In this document: positions 28,712-38,950 of the stretch, piece after piece
How positions within the stretch are numbered: the stretch's first letter is position 1
How the letters are laid out: the number at the start of each line of letters is the position of its first letter
Origin: Candidatus Eiseniibacteriota bacterium
Lineage (GTDB): Bacteria > Eisenbacteria > RBG-16-71-46
NCBI GenBank assembly: GCA_031364845.1
Contig: JANLWX010000028.1
Location: 32,001-96,000 of the forward strand
Length of the DNA stretch: 64,000 bases
Reading direction: 5' to 3'
Notes under the pieces: generated by a model
The model's input: only the letters and a program-made list of their open reading frames with translations
What the model was told of the DNA's origin: nothing
Database searches by the model: none
Position numbers and translations under genes: made by a program

Positions 28712-29756
28712 GCCGGCGTCGCTCGACGGCAGCCGTGTGCTCGTGACCGGTGGGGCGGGGTTCATCGGCTCGAACTTCGTCCACCAGTTCCTCAAGCAGC
28801 AGCCCAAGAGCCACATCGTGGTGCTCGACGCGCTGACCTATGCCGGCCGACGCGAGAACCTCGACGGCATCCCGGAGCGGTCGCTGACGTTCGTCCATGG
28901 CGACATCCGCGATCCAAAGGCGGTCGCTCAGGCGATGGCCGGCTGCGACTACGTGCTCAACTTCGCCGCAGAGTCGCATGTCGACCGCTCGATCGAGACT
29001 CCGGGCGACTTCATACAGACCGACGTCTACGGCGTGTTCGTACTGGCCGAGGAGGCGCGCCGCCAAAAGATAAGCCGTTTCGTCCAGGTCTCGACCGACG
29101 AGGTGTACGGCGAAGTGCTCGAAGGGCATTCGACCGAGGACTGGGCGCTCCATCCGCGCAGCCCCTACGCCGCGAGCAAGGCGGGTGGCGACCGGCTGGC
29201 ATTCGCCTACTGGGCGACGTACGGATTGCCGGTGGTCGTGACGCGCTGCTCCAACAACTACGGCCCGCGCCAGTATCCGGAAAAGCTGGTGCCGCTGTTC
29301 ATCACCAACGCGATCGACGACGAGCCGCTTCCCGTGTATGGTAACGGGCTGAATACTCGCGATTGGCTCCATGTGGATGACCATTGCGCGGCGATCGCCA
29401 CGTTGCTGAAGCACCCGGGCATCGAGGGCGAGACGTTCAACATCGGCGCTCAGCATGAGTTGGACGTGCTCACGATCACCGGAACCATCCTCGAACTGCT
29501 CGGCAAACCTCCCACGCTGATTCGCTACGTCGAAGACCGGCCCGGTCATGACCGGCGTTATGCGGTCGACTCCTCGAAGCTGACCCGCGCCACGGGTTGG
29601 AAGCCGGCGATCGACTTTGCCTCCGGCATCCGGCAGACCGTGGAGTGGTTCCAGCGCAATGAAGCGTGGTGGCGGCCGATCAAAGAAGGCGACTTCCGCC
29701 AGTACTACGAGCGGATGTACGGCCAGCGCAAGGTGCTCAAAGAGGTGAAGGCATGA
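28704..29756 (+). CDS. rfbB: dTDP-glucose 4,6-dehydratase
   Basis: GGAGFIGSNF, LTYAG, AAESHVDRSI, STDEVYG, SPYAASK, DRPGHDRRY. Confidence 0.95.
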   Translation: MAEPASLDGSRVLVTGGAGFIGSNFVHQFLKQQPKSHIVVLDALTYAGRRENLDGIPERSLTFVHGDIRDPKAVAQAMAGCDYVLNFAAESHVDRSIETPGDFIQTDVYGVFVLAEEARRQKISRFVQVSTDEVYGEVLEGHSTEDWALHPRSPYAASKAGGDRLAFAYWATYGLPVVVTRCSNNYGPRQYPEKLVPLFITNAIDDEPLPVYGNGLNTRDWLHVDDHCAAIATLLKHPGIEGETFNIGAQHELDVLTITGTILELLGKPPTLIRYVEDRPGHDRRYAVDSSKLTRATGWKPAIDFASGIRQTVEWFQRNEAWWRPIKEGDFRQYYERMYGQRKVLKEVKA

Positions 29757-31381
29757 CATTCCGGTGGTACGGGTTGTTGGTGGTCGCGTTGCTGACTCTG
29801 GGATTCGTCCCCGCAGTGCAGGCGCAGGAAGAAGAAGTGCCGGTCGAGACTATGAAAGCCCCCACTTCCGACACCCCGTCCTCCAAGGAATCCGACGCCG
29901 CTCGCACGCGTGATCAGCTGAGGCGAGCGGTCGCATCGAACCCGCAGCTCGAATTGCCGGGTGCCGTCGATCCCGAACAGTACCGGGTCGGACCGGGAGA
30001 TATCCTCCAGGTGAGCGTGTGGGGTGGGCTTTCGCGCAACATGACGATCGAGGTCGGCCCCGAAGGCACCGTCCAGCTGCCGACCGCGGGCACGATGAAG
30101 ATCGACGGCATGCTGCTGAAGCAGGTCCGTTCCGAGATCATCGCCCGCCTGCGTTCCGAGTTTCGTGGTCTGAGCATCGATGTGCGGCTGCTGCGTCCGC
30201 GCCGCTTCGTCGCCTATGTCACGGGACAGGTCGAAGCGCCCGGCTCGGTTCCGGCGAGTGGCGCGAGCCGCGTCGCGGACATCGTTCTGCTGACCGAACC
30301 GCTCAAGAATGCATCGCTGCGAAACATCGAGGTGATCCACCGCGACGGAACCCGCGAAGTCGCCGACCTCGAGTTGTTCCTGCGTACGGCGAGTCAGAGT
30401 CTCAATCCATGGGTGCGTGATGGCGATGTGCTCAACGTAGGGTCGGCTTCCAAATGGGTGCACGTCCAGGGCGCGGTTTCGCGGCCGGGCCGCTACGAAC
30501 TCGGACCGAACGACAGCCTTCGCACGCTGCTCCAGCTCGGTGGCGGCACCGTGCCCGCCGCGGACCTGTCCCGTGCTCTGCTGGTTCGGTGGCTCGACAG
30601 CGTGAGATCCGAATCGACATGGGTCAACGTGGAGGAAGTGCGTGCCGGATCGTTCAACCCACGGCTGAGCAATGGCGACCGTTTCTACGTCTACTTCATC
30701 CCGCAGTACGAGGTACTGAACGAAGCCACCGTGTTGGGTGAAGTGATGCGCCCAGGCATTTATCCGATTCAGGAAGGCCGCGACCGGATCACCGACGTCG
30801 TTCGCGCCGCGGGCGGCTTCCTGCCCGGCGCCGACCTTGCTTCGATCCGCGTGCGCCGCGAGAATCGGCGCGTGCAGGAGGACTCCGAGCTCGAGCGGCT
30901 GCTGCGGTTGTCGCGCCGCGATCTGACCAACTCCGAGTACGAAGTGCTCCAGACCAAGCTCGCCGGCCGACGAACCGAATACCGTATCGACTGGGCGCGC
31001 GTTCAGAGAGAGCCGGACCTCGATCTGCTGCTGCTCGGCGGCGACATCATTCAGGTCGACCGGGTGATCAACTCGATTCGCGTCGACGGCCAGGTCCGCC
31101 GCCCGGGCATTCTGGCGTACCGGCCCGGTCTCGGTCTCGAGGACTACGTGAAAGCGTCCGGGGGCTTCTCCGAACGGGCGTGGCGGAACAAGATCCGCGT
31201 GACCCGCTCGGTGACGGGCCAGACGTTCCTCGCCAAGGACGTGTCGCAACTCGATCCGGGCGATCTCATATGGGTTCCCGAGAAGGCCGACGTGACGTTC
31301 TGGGATCAGACCCGCACCGTGCTCACCGCCGCCGCCCAGGTGGCGACTGTGATCCTGGCCTTCAACTCGGTGAACCGTTGA
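29753..31381 (+). CDS. Polysaccharide export protein with multiple SLBB domains (Wza/KpsD-like)
   Basis: Signal peptide; YRVGPGD; repeated V.G.V..PG.Y units. Confidence 0.88.
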   Translation: MTFRWYGLLVVALLTLGFVPAVQAQEEEVPVETMKAPTSDTPSSKESDAARTRDQLRRAVASNPQLELPGAVDPEQYRVGPGDILQVSVWGGLSRNMTIEVGPEGTVQLPTAGTMKIDGMLLKQVRSEIIARLRSEFRGLSIDVRLLRPRRFVAYVTGQVEAPGSVPASGASRVADIVLLTEPLKNASLRNIEVIHRDGTREVADLELFLRTASQSLNPWVRDGDVLNVGSASKWVHVQGAVSRPGRYELGPNDSLRTLLQLGGGTVPAADLSRALLVRWLDSVRSESTWVNVEEVRAGSFNPRLSNGDRFYVYFIPQYEVLNEATVLGEVMRPGIYPIQEGRDRITDVVRAAGGFLPGADLASIRVRRENRRVQEDSELERLLRLSRRDLTNSEYEVLQTKLAGRRTEYRIDWARVQREPDLDLLLLGGDIIQVDRVINSIRVDGQVRRPGILAYRPGLGLEDYVKASGGFSERAWRNKIRVTRSVTGQTFLAKDVSQLDPGDLIWVPEKADVTFWDQTRTVLTAAAQVATVILAFNSVNR

Positions 31382-32463
31382 TGACATCCGCCCCCGAAAC
31401 ACCCCGCCGCGAGTTCGATATTGCTGAGTTCGTCGGCCGGCTGTGGGCCGAGCGTGTGCGCATGATCGCCGCCATGCTGATCGCAGGCCTGGTCACGCTC
31501 GCGATCGCGTTCATGCTTCCGAAGTGGTATCGCGCGACCGCCGTCATCCTGCCGCCCGATGACGCGGATCTGTTCTCCAATCTGAGCATGGCGACCAAGG
31601 CGCTCACCAAGTTCCCGGCGTTCGGCGCGCTCGGCGATTACTTCACGCCCGCGGACATCTTCAAGGCGACGCTCAAGAGCCGGTCCCTTCAGGAAGCCGT
31701 CGTCGACAAGTACAACCTGCAAAAGGTGTACAAGCTCAAGAGTCGCGAGAAGACGCTCAAGGAACTCAAGCGCAACTACGAGATCAAGCTGTCCCCGGAC
31801 GGAACCATCTCGGTGGCGGTCGACGACCGCGATCCCAAGCGCGCCGCGGAAATGGCGAATTACTTCCTGACGACGCTCGATCATTTCAACATCGAAACGC
31901 GCAACACGCGGGCCCGGCGCACGCGCCAGTTTCTCGAGCAGCGCGTCCACGAGACCGACTCGCTGCTGCGCCTGAGCGAGGTCTCACTCCGGAAGTATCA
32001 GGAAGTGCGCCACACGGTGGTCCCGACTACCGCTTCCGCCGCGGACGTTCAGGCAGCAGCGGAGATCATGGGCCGCAAGATCGCGCTCGAAGTCCAGATC
32101 AACGTGCTGCGCACCTATCTGCGCGAGGACAACGACGAGATCCGCCAGGCCCGTACCGAACTCGAAGCGTTGAAAAGCCGCATCGGAACAATGCCGGCCG
32201 TGATGGGCGATGTGACGCGTCTAGTGCGCGACCAGAAGATCCAGGAGCAGGTGTTCGTCCTGCTCACGGCGGAGCTGGAGCAGGCTCGCATTCGCGAACT
32301 GATGGACACCCCGACGGTCCAGATTCTGGACCCCGCAATTCCGCCGGAGCGTCATGAACGTCCGAAGCGCGCGACGCTGGCCATCATCGCCTCGCTTCTC
32401 ACGTTCGTCGGGTGCGTCGTGTATTTCGCCGTCCAGGGTCCGCGCCGCCTGCCCACCGAGTAG
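31381..32463 (+). CDS. Wzz/GumC-type chain-length determinant
   Basis: N- and C-terminal TM helices, coiled coil, VQILDPAIPPERHERPKR. Confidence 0.85.
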   Translation: MTSAPETPRREFDIAEFVGRLWAERVRMIAAMLIAGLVTLAIAFMLPKWYRATAVILPPDDADLFSNLSMATKALTKFPAFGALGDYFTPADIFKATLKSRSLQEAVVDKYNLQKVYKLKSREKTLKELKRNYEIKLSPDGTISVAVDDRDPKRAAEMANYFLTTLDHFNIETRNTRARRTRQFLEQRVHETDSLLRLSEVSLRKYQEVRHTVVPTTASAADVQAAAEIMGRKIALEVQINVLRTYLREDNDEIRQARTELEALKSRIGTMPAVMGDVTRLVRDQKIQEQVFVLLTAELEQARIRELMDTPTVQILDPAIPPERHERPKRATLAIIASLLTFVGCVVYFAVQGPRRLPTE

Positions 32464-32618
32464 GGGCTTCGCGATGCGGGATCCGATTGCGAACGTGTTC
32501 AGCTACACCCGAGCGCCTTCCCGAGCACGACGCAGCGAGGCGCACGGCGCTTCGGCGCTCGGCGCTTCCCCGCGTAAGAAGGCGTGCGCAAGCTCCCGGG
32601 CGCGATGAGGTGCTTGAT

Positions 32619-33959
32619 CTAGCCGGACCCGGCGGCGGCGCGCGAACGCGCCTCGGCGCGTCCGAGATATACACCCATGATCCAGTAGAACAGCGCGCTG
32701 TACTGAAGGCCCGTGAACGTCGGCTCGAACATGAGATTGAGCATCGCGATCCCGAACGTGAGCTGCATCGCGCGGCCCTCGAGCTGGCTGACCGGATTTC
32801 GTTCGATCTTGGTGATCCGCATCCACAGCATCACGAGGAACGTGATCCACAGGATGAGCCCCATCGCCCCCAGTTCACTGGTGAGGACGAGCCAGTAATT
32901 GTGCGGATCCTCCTCGTACAGCCGGTCGAGATACCCGAAGCCTTGATTGAGCCCCATGCCGAGCGGCCAGTGATCGGTGATTCGCACCCAGGCGACCTTC
33001 CAGTACCAGAGACGCACGACGACGCTCAACATGTCCTCGGTGCTCGTGAAGCGGTCCAGCAACAGCTTGGCACCAGGCCCGGTGAGCAGCAGCGAAATCA
33101 TGGTCAGAGCCGAAAGCGTCGCCATCCACGGTTTGATCCGCGACCGGAAGATCGCGAACAGCGAAACGGCGAGCACCAGCAGCGCTCCGCCGCGCGAGGC
33201 CGCGATCGTCACGACGCTCGCCGTGAAGGGAATCGAAGCCCATCCCACGAGGCGGTAGAGCTTGCGGCGCCCCGACATCGCCATGTGGATCCCGGTCGGC
33301 AGCATCAGGGAGAGCAGTGCCGCGATATAGTTCGCAGCGCCCCAGCCGAGGTCGGTGGAACTGCGGCGCAGTTTGTGGGAGGCGATCATTTCGATGCCGC
33401 CCTGGCTCATGGCGCGGGCGATGATTGCGATGGACAGGGCACACGCACCGGCCGGCACGCCCAGGAGCAGCAGGTCTGAATTGACGAAACGGGTCATGCG
33501 CCACGCGGTCCACAGCGCGAGGCCGCACATCGCGATCTTGCGCACGCCGAACATCCACCACCATGTGTCCCGGCACCAGAAGAACGTGAACGCCGCCCAT
33601 GCCACGAGCAGCCAGAACACGACTTCGAGCGCGTCGAGGCGTGACAGCCACCGCGCGCGGGTCCGCCATCCGATCACGATCAACGTGACTGCGCACACGA
33701 AGATCAGGACCTCGTAGGCGAACACCTTGGCGAATTGAGGCAGGATCACCAACACCGGCATCATTGCGATCATGATTCCCGGCCAGCGCCAGAACAGTAC
33801 CCCGAGCGTCATGAGCAGCAGCGTCACGAGTGTGGCCACCTTCACCACGCCAGGTGCTGCCAGCAGCAGGACGACGAGCCCGACCGCGACCGCCGGGATG
33901 GCCCAGAACGGCGGCATCGATCTGCTCCCGGCCGGGTGACCGCCCATCGTCATGCTCAC
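32619..33959 (-). CDS. O-antigen ligase / Wzy_C family membrane protein
   Basis: Many TM segments; ASRGG; R...W......DHWPLGMG; PHN. Confidence 0.8.
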   Translation of the reverse strand: MSMTMGGHPAGSRSMPPFWAIPAVAVGLVVLLLAAPGVVKVATLVTLLLMTLGVLFWRWPGIMIAMMPVLVILPQFAKVFAYEVLIFVCAVTLIVIGWRTRARWLSRLDALEVVFWLLVAWAAFTFFWCRDTWWWMFGVRKIAMCGLALWTAWRMTRFVNSDLLLLGVPAGACALSIAIIARAMSQGGIEMIASHKLRRSSTDLGWGAANYIAALLSLMLPTGIHMAMSGRRKLYRLVGWASIPFTASVVTIAASRGGALLVLAVSLFAIFRSRIKPWMATLSALTMISLLLTGPGAKLLLDRFTSTEDMLSVVVRLWYWKVAWVRITDHWPLGMGLNQGFGYLDRLYEEDPHNYWLVLTSELGAMGLILWITFLVMLWMRITKIERNPVSQLEGRAMQLTFGIAMLNLMFEPTFTGLQYSALFYWIMGVYLGRAEARSRAAAGSG

Positions 33960-33990
33960 GGCGCGAGTCCTGTCTGACCACGGTTGCCGC

Positions 33991-35055
33991 TCATCGGATG
34001 TGCTCGAGTGCGGCGAGGCCGAAGGGCGCCGGCAGCGGTCGCACCGGAACCGGACTCGTGAGGCGTCCGGTGCGGCGCAGCGCCGAGCGGCGGCGCAGGC
34101 TGTGCATCAGGCCGCGCAGGGCTGGCGCGAACACATGGTGATGCTCGCGAAACAACGCCATGCACGCGCTCGCGACTTCGTGGCGCCCGCCGCGCCGCAG
34201 CTTCGCCCAGTTGCCGAGCAGGTAGCCGCCGACGTGCGCCCGCGTGTAGCGCGTGAGGCCGCGCTGTTCGAGCACCCCGGCATGGGTCATGAAGTGGTCG
34301 GTGTATTCGCGGATGTGGCGCAGGTCACGCGTGATCTTCTCGTTCTCCTGCTCGGCATGCATCAGCACTTCGCATCCCATCACATCGAGGATCGCGAGAG
34401 AGGAGCTGCGCAGCATGTCGAGATACAGTTTCACGTCGGCGCCGAACCCGAGCGACTCGTCCATTCCATGGGACGCGCGCGCGATCGCGGTGCGCAGCAG
34501 CATGCCCGAGGGATAGTTGAACGGGTTCGTGTAGAAGGTCGACAACGCCCACAGCGCCGCCGCGATCGCGTCCCCGCGGGCGTAGATGCCGGCCGGCAGG
34601 TTGCTGCCGAGCGGGAACGTGGTCCCGCGCCTCTCATCGATCGCGCGGCCGCGCGAAGAGACGATCCCTAAGTCCGGATCCTGATCGAGCAGCCGGCGCG
34701 CGGGGGCGATGAAGCCGTCGAGCAACACGTCGTCCGAGCACAGCGTCATGACGTAGCGCCCGCGCGCAAGCATGATGCAACGGTTGAAATTGCCGAACAG
34801 GCCGAGATTGCGCTCGTTGCGCACGAGGCGGAGCCGCGGGTCGTGGTAGGAGTTCAGCACCTCCCACGTGCGGTCGGTCGAGGCATTGTCGACGACCAGA
34901 ATTTCGAGATCGGACCCGGGCTGGCGCAGTGCCGATTCGAGCGCCTTCCGAACCAGCACCTCCCGGTTGAACACCGGGATGCCGATCGTGATCGCCGGTT
35001 CGATGGCCCGTGTCTCCATGGTGGCCGAGTTCGTCTCGCGAGCTTCTTCGATCAC
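33991..35055 (-). CDS. Glycosyltransferase family 2
   Basis: IGIPVFNRE, VVDNASTD, NLGLFGNFN, SDD; GTG overlapping the upstream TGA (alternative ATG at 35019). Confidence 0.9.
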   Translation of the reverse strand: MIEEARETNSATMETRAIEPAITIGIPVFNREVLVRKALESALRQPGSDLEILVVDNASTDRTWEVLNSYHDPRLRLVRNERNLGLFGNFNRCIMLARGRYVMTLCSDDVLLDGFIAPARRLLDQDPDLGIVSSRGRAIDERRGTTFPLGSNLPAGIYARGDAIAAALWALSTFYTNPFNYPSGMLLRTAIARASHGMDESLGFGADVKLYLDMLRSSSLAILDVMGCEVLMHAEQENEKITRDLRHIREYTDHFMTHAGVLEQRGLTRYTRAHVGGYLLGNWAKLRRGGRHEVASACMALFREHHHVFAPALRGLMHSLRRRSALRRTGRLTSPVPVRPLPAPFGLAALEHIR

Positions 35056-35969
35056 GCGACGACGGTGCGCCGGCGCGATTCGATCGTGTCCGCGAGCCCC
35101 GATCGGAGGTCGTAGTGCGGCGACCAGCCGGTGCCCTGGACCAGTTTGCGCGTGTTGGCGCAGATGAACGGCGGATCGGTCGGATTGTCGGGGCGCGCAC
35201 CGAACTTCAGGAGTGATTCCCGATCGAGCAGCCCGGCGATGGTGGTGACGATCTCGCGCACCGTGACGGGCTGGCCGGAGCCGATGTTGACGATGCCGGT
35301 CAGTTCGCTGGTCGCGGCCGCTGCGATCGCCGAACCGACGTCGGCGACATGCAGGAAGTCTCGCACCTGCATGCCGCGCGTGAGCCCCGCCTCTTCGCCG
35401 CGCAGCAGCGTGTCGATCACGTACGGCACGAGCCGGCGCGCATCCTCGTGGGGACCGTACTGGTAGAATGGCCGCACCCAGCAGAACGAGACGCCGCGCG
35501 CGCGGGCGATCTGCTCGCACATCAGACGCGCGGAGGACTTGGCGGCTGCGTAGAGGCTCGCCGGCTTGTTCGGCGTGGTCTCCGACAGCCAGCCGAAGTC
35601 GAAGTCGTATTCGAAGCACGTGCCGACGTAGACCACGCGCTTCACCCCGGCATCGGCGAGGGCATGCGTCAGGGCCGCGGTGCCGATCACGCACGAGAGG
35701 TTCTCGACCGCTTCGAGATACTTGCCCGGCACCGCGTACCACGCCGAGTGGACCACCATTTCCACACCCGAGCACAGCGCTTCGAGTTGCGAGGCGGACG
35801 CGGCGAACACATCGCAGGTCACCCACTCGATGCGGCCATCGACATCCGCGAGGCGCTCGCGATTCGCGCCCGCGCGTTCCGAGGCGCGCACGACGTGACC
35901 CTGCGCGAGCAGCGCGCGCACGATCTGGGAGCCGATGAATCCGGTCGCGCCGGTGACGAGCACCTTCAT
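35052..35969 (-). CDS. NDP-sugar 4-reductase/epimerase SDR
   Basis: GATGFIG, GTCFEY, YAAAK, YGP, RDFLHV. Confidence 0.85.
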   Translation of the reverse strand: MKVLVTGATGFIGSQIVRALLAQGHVVRASERAGANRERLADVDGRIEWVTCDVFAASASQLEALCSGVEMVVHSAWYAVPGKYLEAVENLSCVIGTAALTHALADAGVKRVVYVGTCFEYDFDFGWLSETTPNKPASLYAAAKSSARLMCEQIARARGVSFCWVRPFYQYGPHEDARRLVPYVIDTLLRGEEAGLTRGMQVRDFLHVADVGSAIAAAATSELTGIVNIGSGQPVTVREIVTTIAGLLDRESLLKFGARPDNPTDPPFICANTRKLVQGTGWSPHYDLRSGLADTIESRRRTVVA

Positions 35970-36006
35970 GAGCGCCCCCCGATCGCGGGCTCGGAGCCGT
36001 TTGCGA

Positions 36007-36537
36007 TCATGGCTGGAAGTCCGCATGGACGAGATCCTTCGGCGACAGGATCGGGTCCGCGATCGGCCACGTGATGTTGAAAGCCGGATCGTTCCAGCGC
36101 ACGCCGCGCTCGGCGTTCGGCGTGTAGAACTCGGTCACCAGGTACAGCACCTCGCTGTCGTCCGTGAGCGCCTGATATCCGTGCGCGAAGCCTTCGGGGA
36201 CATAGAAGGTCTTGCGGTTGGCCGCGCTCAGCTCGATGCCGAACCACTTCAGATAGGTCGGCGAATCCTTGCGGATGTCGACGATCACGTCGTAGATCGC
36301 GCCGGTGATGCAGCGCACCATTTTGACCTCGGCGTGCGGCGGCACCTGATAGTGCATCCCGCGCAACGTGCCCTTCTTGAAGTTGTAGGACGTGTTCGCC
36401 TGGGTGATGACGTTCTTGAGCCCGTGCTGCGCGAGTTCGTTCTGACAGAACGCGCGCGCGAAGAAGCCCCGCTCGTCGTTGCGCGGCTCGAGTTCGATCA
36501 CGAACGCGCCGCGGAGCGGTGTCTCGGTGAAGATCAT
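36007..36537 (-). CDS. rfbC: NDP-4-keto-6-deoxyhexose 3,5-epimerase (RmlC family)
   Basis: DERGFFAR, GTLRGMHYQ, DIRKDSPT, GFAHGY, WNDP. Confidence 0.9.
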   Translation of the reverse strand: MIFTETPLRGAFVIELEPRNDERGFFARAFCQNELAQHGLKNVITQANTSYNFKKGTLRGMHYQVPPHAEVKMVRCITGAIYDVIVDIRKDSPTYLKWFGIELSAANRKTFYVPEGFAHGYQALTDDSEVLYLVTEFYTPNAERGVRWNDPAFNITWPIADPILSPKDLVHADFQP

Positions 36538-36577
36538 CGGGACTCCTCGTCGTGGGGGGTGCGCGGGTGCCGGCGGG

Positions 36578-37609
36578 CTACCGCATCCAGATCAGTTCGT
36601 CGGTGACCTTGCGCTCCTGGATCAGGTGCAGCAGCTGCTTCAGGCGCGTGAACTCGCGTCCGTCGAAGCGGGCATAGTCGAGTTCGAAACGCTTGAATGC
36701 CTCGTAGAGCTCGACGATGCCCTGGTCGACCGACCACTGCGGCTCGAACTCGGGCAGTCGCTCGCGCACCTTGGCGAAGCTCACATTGTAGTTGCGCGCG
36801 TCGGCCGACACGCCCTCGGCGAATGTCACCGTGCTGCCCGGAACCACGCGCGCGACCGACTCGGCGATGTTGCGCACCTGCCAGTTGTCCTGCTCGCGGC
36901 CGATGTTGAAGGCTTCGCAATGGACCCGCTCGCGCGGCACCGACAGCGCGGCGATCACGGCCCGGCTCATGTCCTGGATGTGGACCAGCGGGCGCCACGC
37001 GCGGCCGTCGCTCATGAGGGTGACCTTGCCGGTGGTGACCGCCCATGCGACCAGGTTGTTGACGACCAGATCGACGCGCAGACGCGGCGAGTAGCCGTAG
37101 GCGGTGCCGTTGCGCAGGAACGTGGGAGAGAAGCGGTCGTCGGCCAGCGCGGCGAGCGCCTGCTCGGTCTGAACCTTGGAGCGCGCGTAGGCCGTGAGCG
37201 GGTTCATCGGCGATTGCTCGTCGAGCTGTCCGCCTTCGCTCGATCCGTAGATGCTGCACGACGAGGCGAATACGAAGCGCTGGATCCCGGCTTCCTTCGC
37301 GAGCGTGGCCAGATGGATCGACGCTTTGAGATTGATGTCGTCGGTGAGTTTCGGATTGAGCTCGCCGGTGGGATCGTTCGAGAGCGCTCCGAGATGGACG
37401 ATCGCGTCGGCGCCTTCGAGATCCTTCACCGTCATGTCCCGCAGATCCATCTGGATCTGATGCGTCACGCCGGTGCGCTCGATCGGGCCGAGGATGCAGT
37501 CACGGTAGTAGCCGGTGTCGAGCCCCCACACCTCGAAGTCCCGCTCGCTCAGGAGCGGCGTCATCACGGTGCCCACATAACCCAGGTTTCCGGTCACCAC
37601 CACACGCAT
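36578..37609 (-). CDS. NAD-dependent epimerase/dehydratase (extended SDR)
   Basis: GNLGYVG, ALSNDP, SSCSIYG, YARSK, RNGTAYG. Confidence 0.88.
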   Translation of the reverse strand: MRVVVTGNLGYVGTVMTPLLSERDFEVWGLDTGYYRDCILGPIERTGVTHQIQMDLRDMTVKDLEGADAIVHLGALSNDPTGELNPKLTDDINLKASIHLATLAKEAGIQRFVFASSCSIYGSSEGGQLDEQSPMNPLTAYARSKVQTEQALAALADDRFSPTFLRNGTAYGYSPRLRVDLVVNNLVAWAVTTGKVTLMSDGRAWRPLVHIQDMSRAVIAALSVPRERVHCEAFNIGREQDNWQVRNIAESVARVVPGSTVTFAEGVSADARNYNVSFAKVRERLPEFEPQWSVDQGIVELYEAFKRFELDYARFDGREFTRLKQLLHLIQERKVTDELIWMR

Positions 37610-37623
37610 GGCTGAAACGCTCC

Positions 37624-38925
37624 TTAAGAAGTCAGATGTTCGTAGGCCGGGGCCCGGCGCGCACCGCCGGCGGCACGGATCGAGCCCGTGTCACCGCCGG
37701 CTGCAGAGGGCGGCGTCCCGTTCAGCAGACCCTGAATCCGGTCGCAGACGTGCCGCGCGATGGGAATGGAGCACGTGAAGGCGGGCGAGACGGCATTGAG
37801 CACGTGAAACGATGCGTCATCGCCTTCGGTGCAGAAATCCATGACGAGCGTGCGGCGCTCGACATCCAGCAACTGGGCGCGAATCCCCGGTTTGCCCCAG
37901 ATCGTCCAGTCCTCCGGCCGCATACCGTCGATCAGTTCCGAGGCTTTCGATACGAGGTAGCGACGATGATACTTTCTCATCTCTTCACGGGCAAGACCGC
38001 GGAAATCGAAGCCCGCGCGGAACAACAGTCCGAGCGACAGGCCCGCGATCTGAACCAGTTCGTCTAACTTGAAGTTGGAGGTCCAGTCGTACTGCTCGCG
38101 CCACAGGCACGGGATCGCGGTCGGACCGATCTTCGAGTGGCCGTCGGCGGTCACGGTGAAGTGGACACCGAGGAACGGGTTCCTCAAATCCGGCACCGGA
38201 TAGACGCTGGTGCGCAGCGCGCCTGCGGGTTCGCTCGAATAGAGATAGAGCCCCTTGAACGGCAGGATCCGGTAGCGCTGCGAGAGTCCGAAGTCGCGCG
38301 CGACGCGGTCGGCGTAGAGTCCGGCGGCGTTCACGACGTAGCCCGCGGAGATCGTCCCCGCACTCGTGTGCACGTCGCGCCCGCTGCGTCCGGTGTAGGC
38401 GACACCCGTGCGTACATCGATGCCTTCGGCGGTCGCGTCGGCGTGCATCGCCTCGACCACGCTCGGCGGATGCACGCTGGCCGTGGTCGGCGACCACAGC
38501 GCGCGCTCGTGGGTTCTGACGCGCGGTTCGCGCGCGCGCGCCTCGGCGGCGGTGATGCTCTCGAGCGGAACTCCGTTGCCGGCGGCGCGGCGCATGAGTT
38601 CGTCGAGCGTCGAAAGCTCCGAAGCGTCCTTCGCGACCACCAGCTTTCCGCACGGATTGATCGCGATGCCGCGCGCTTCACAGTAGGCGCGCATGGCGAT
38701 GTTGCCTTCGCGGCAGAAACGCGCCTTGAGCGAATCGGCGGTGTAGTAGAACCCGGCGTGGAGCACGCCGCTGTTGCGTCCGCTCGCGTGCTGGCCGAGC
38801 GCGATCTCCTTGTCGATCAGCGTGATCGTGGCCTGGGCGTCGCGCGCGCGCAGTTCACGCGCGATGCACAGGCCGATGATGCCGCCGCCGACCACGAGAT
38901 AGTCGGTGGTGTGCGCGGCGTTCAT
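37624..38925 (-). CDS. lhgO: L-2-hydroxyglutarate oxidase-like FAD oxidoreductase
   Basis: GGGIIG, HASGRNSGVLHAG, YPVPD..PFLGVHFT, GIRAQ, NAVSPAFT. Confidence 0.85.
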   Translation of the reverse strand: MNAAHTTDYLVVGGGIIGLCIARELRARDAQATITLIDKEIALGQHASGRNSGVLHAGFYYTADSLKARFCREGNIAMRAYCEARGIAINPCGKLVVAKDASELSTLDELMRRAAGNGVPLESITAAEARAREPRVRTHERALWSPTTASVHPPSVVEAMHADATAEGIDVRTGVAYTGRSGRDVHTSAGTISAGYVVNAAGLYADRVARDFGLSQRYRILPFKGLYLYSSEPAGALRTSVYPVPDLRNPFLGVHFTVTADGHSKIGPTAIPCLWREQYDWTSNFKLDELVQIAGLSLGLLFRAGFDFRGLAREEMRKYHRRYLVSKASELIDGMRPEDWTIWGKPGIRAQLLDVERRTLVMDFCTEGDDASFHVLNAVSPAFTCSIPIARHVCDRIQGLLNGTPPSAAGGDTGSIRAAGGARRAPAYEHLTS

Positions 38926-38950
38926 CCGCAGTACACCCGGCGGCACTGCA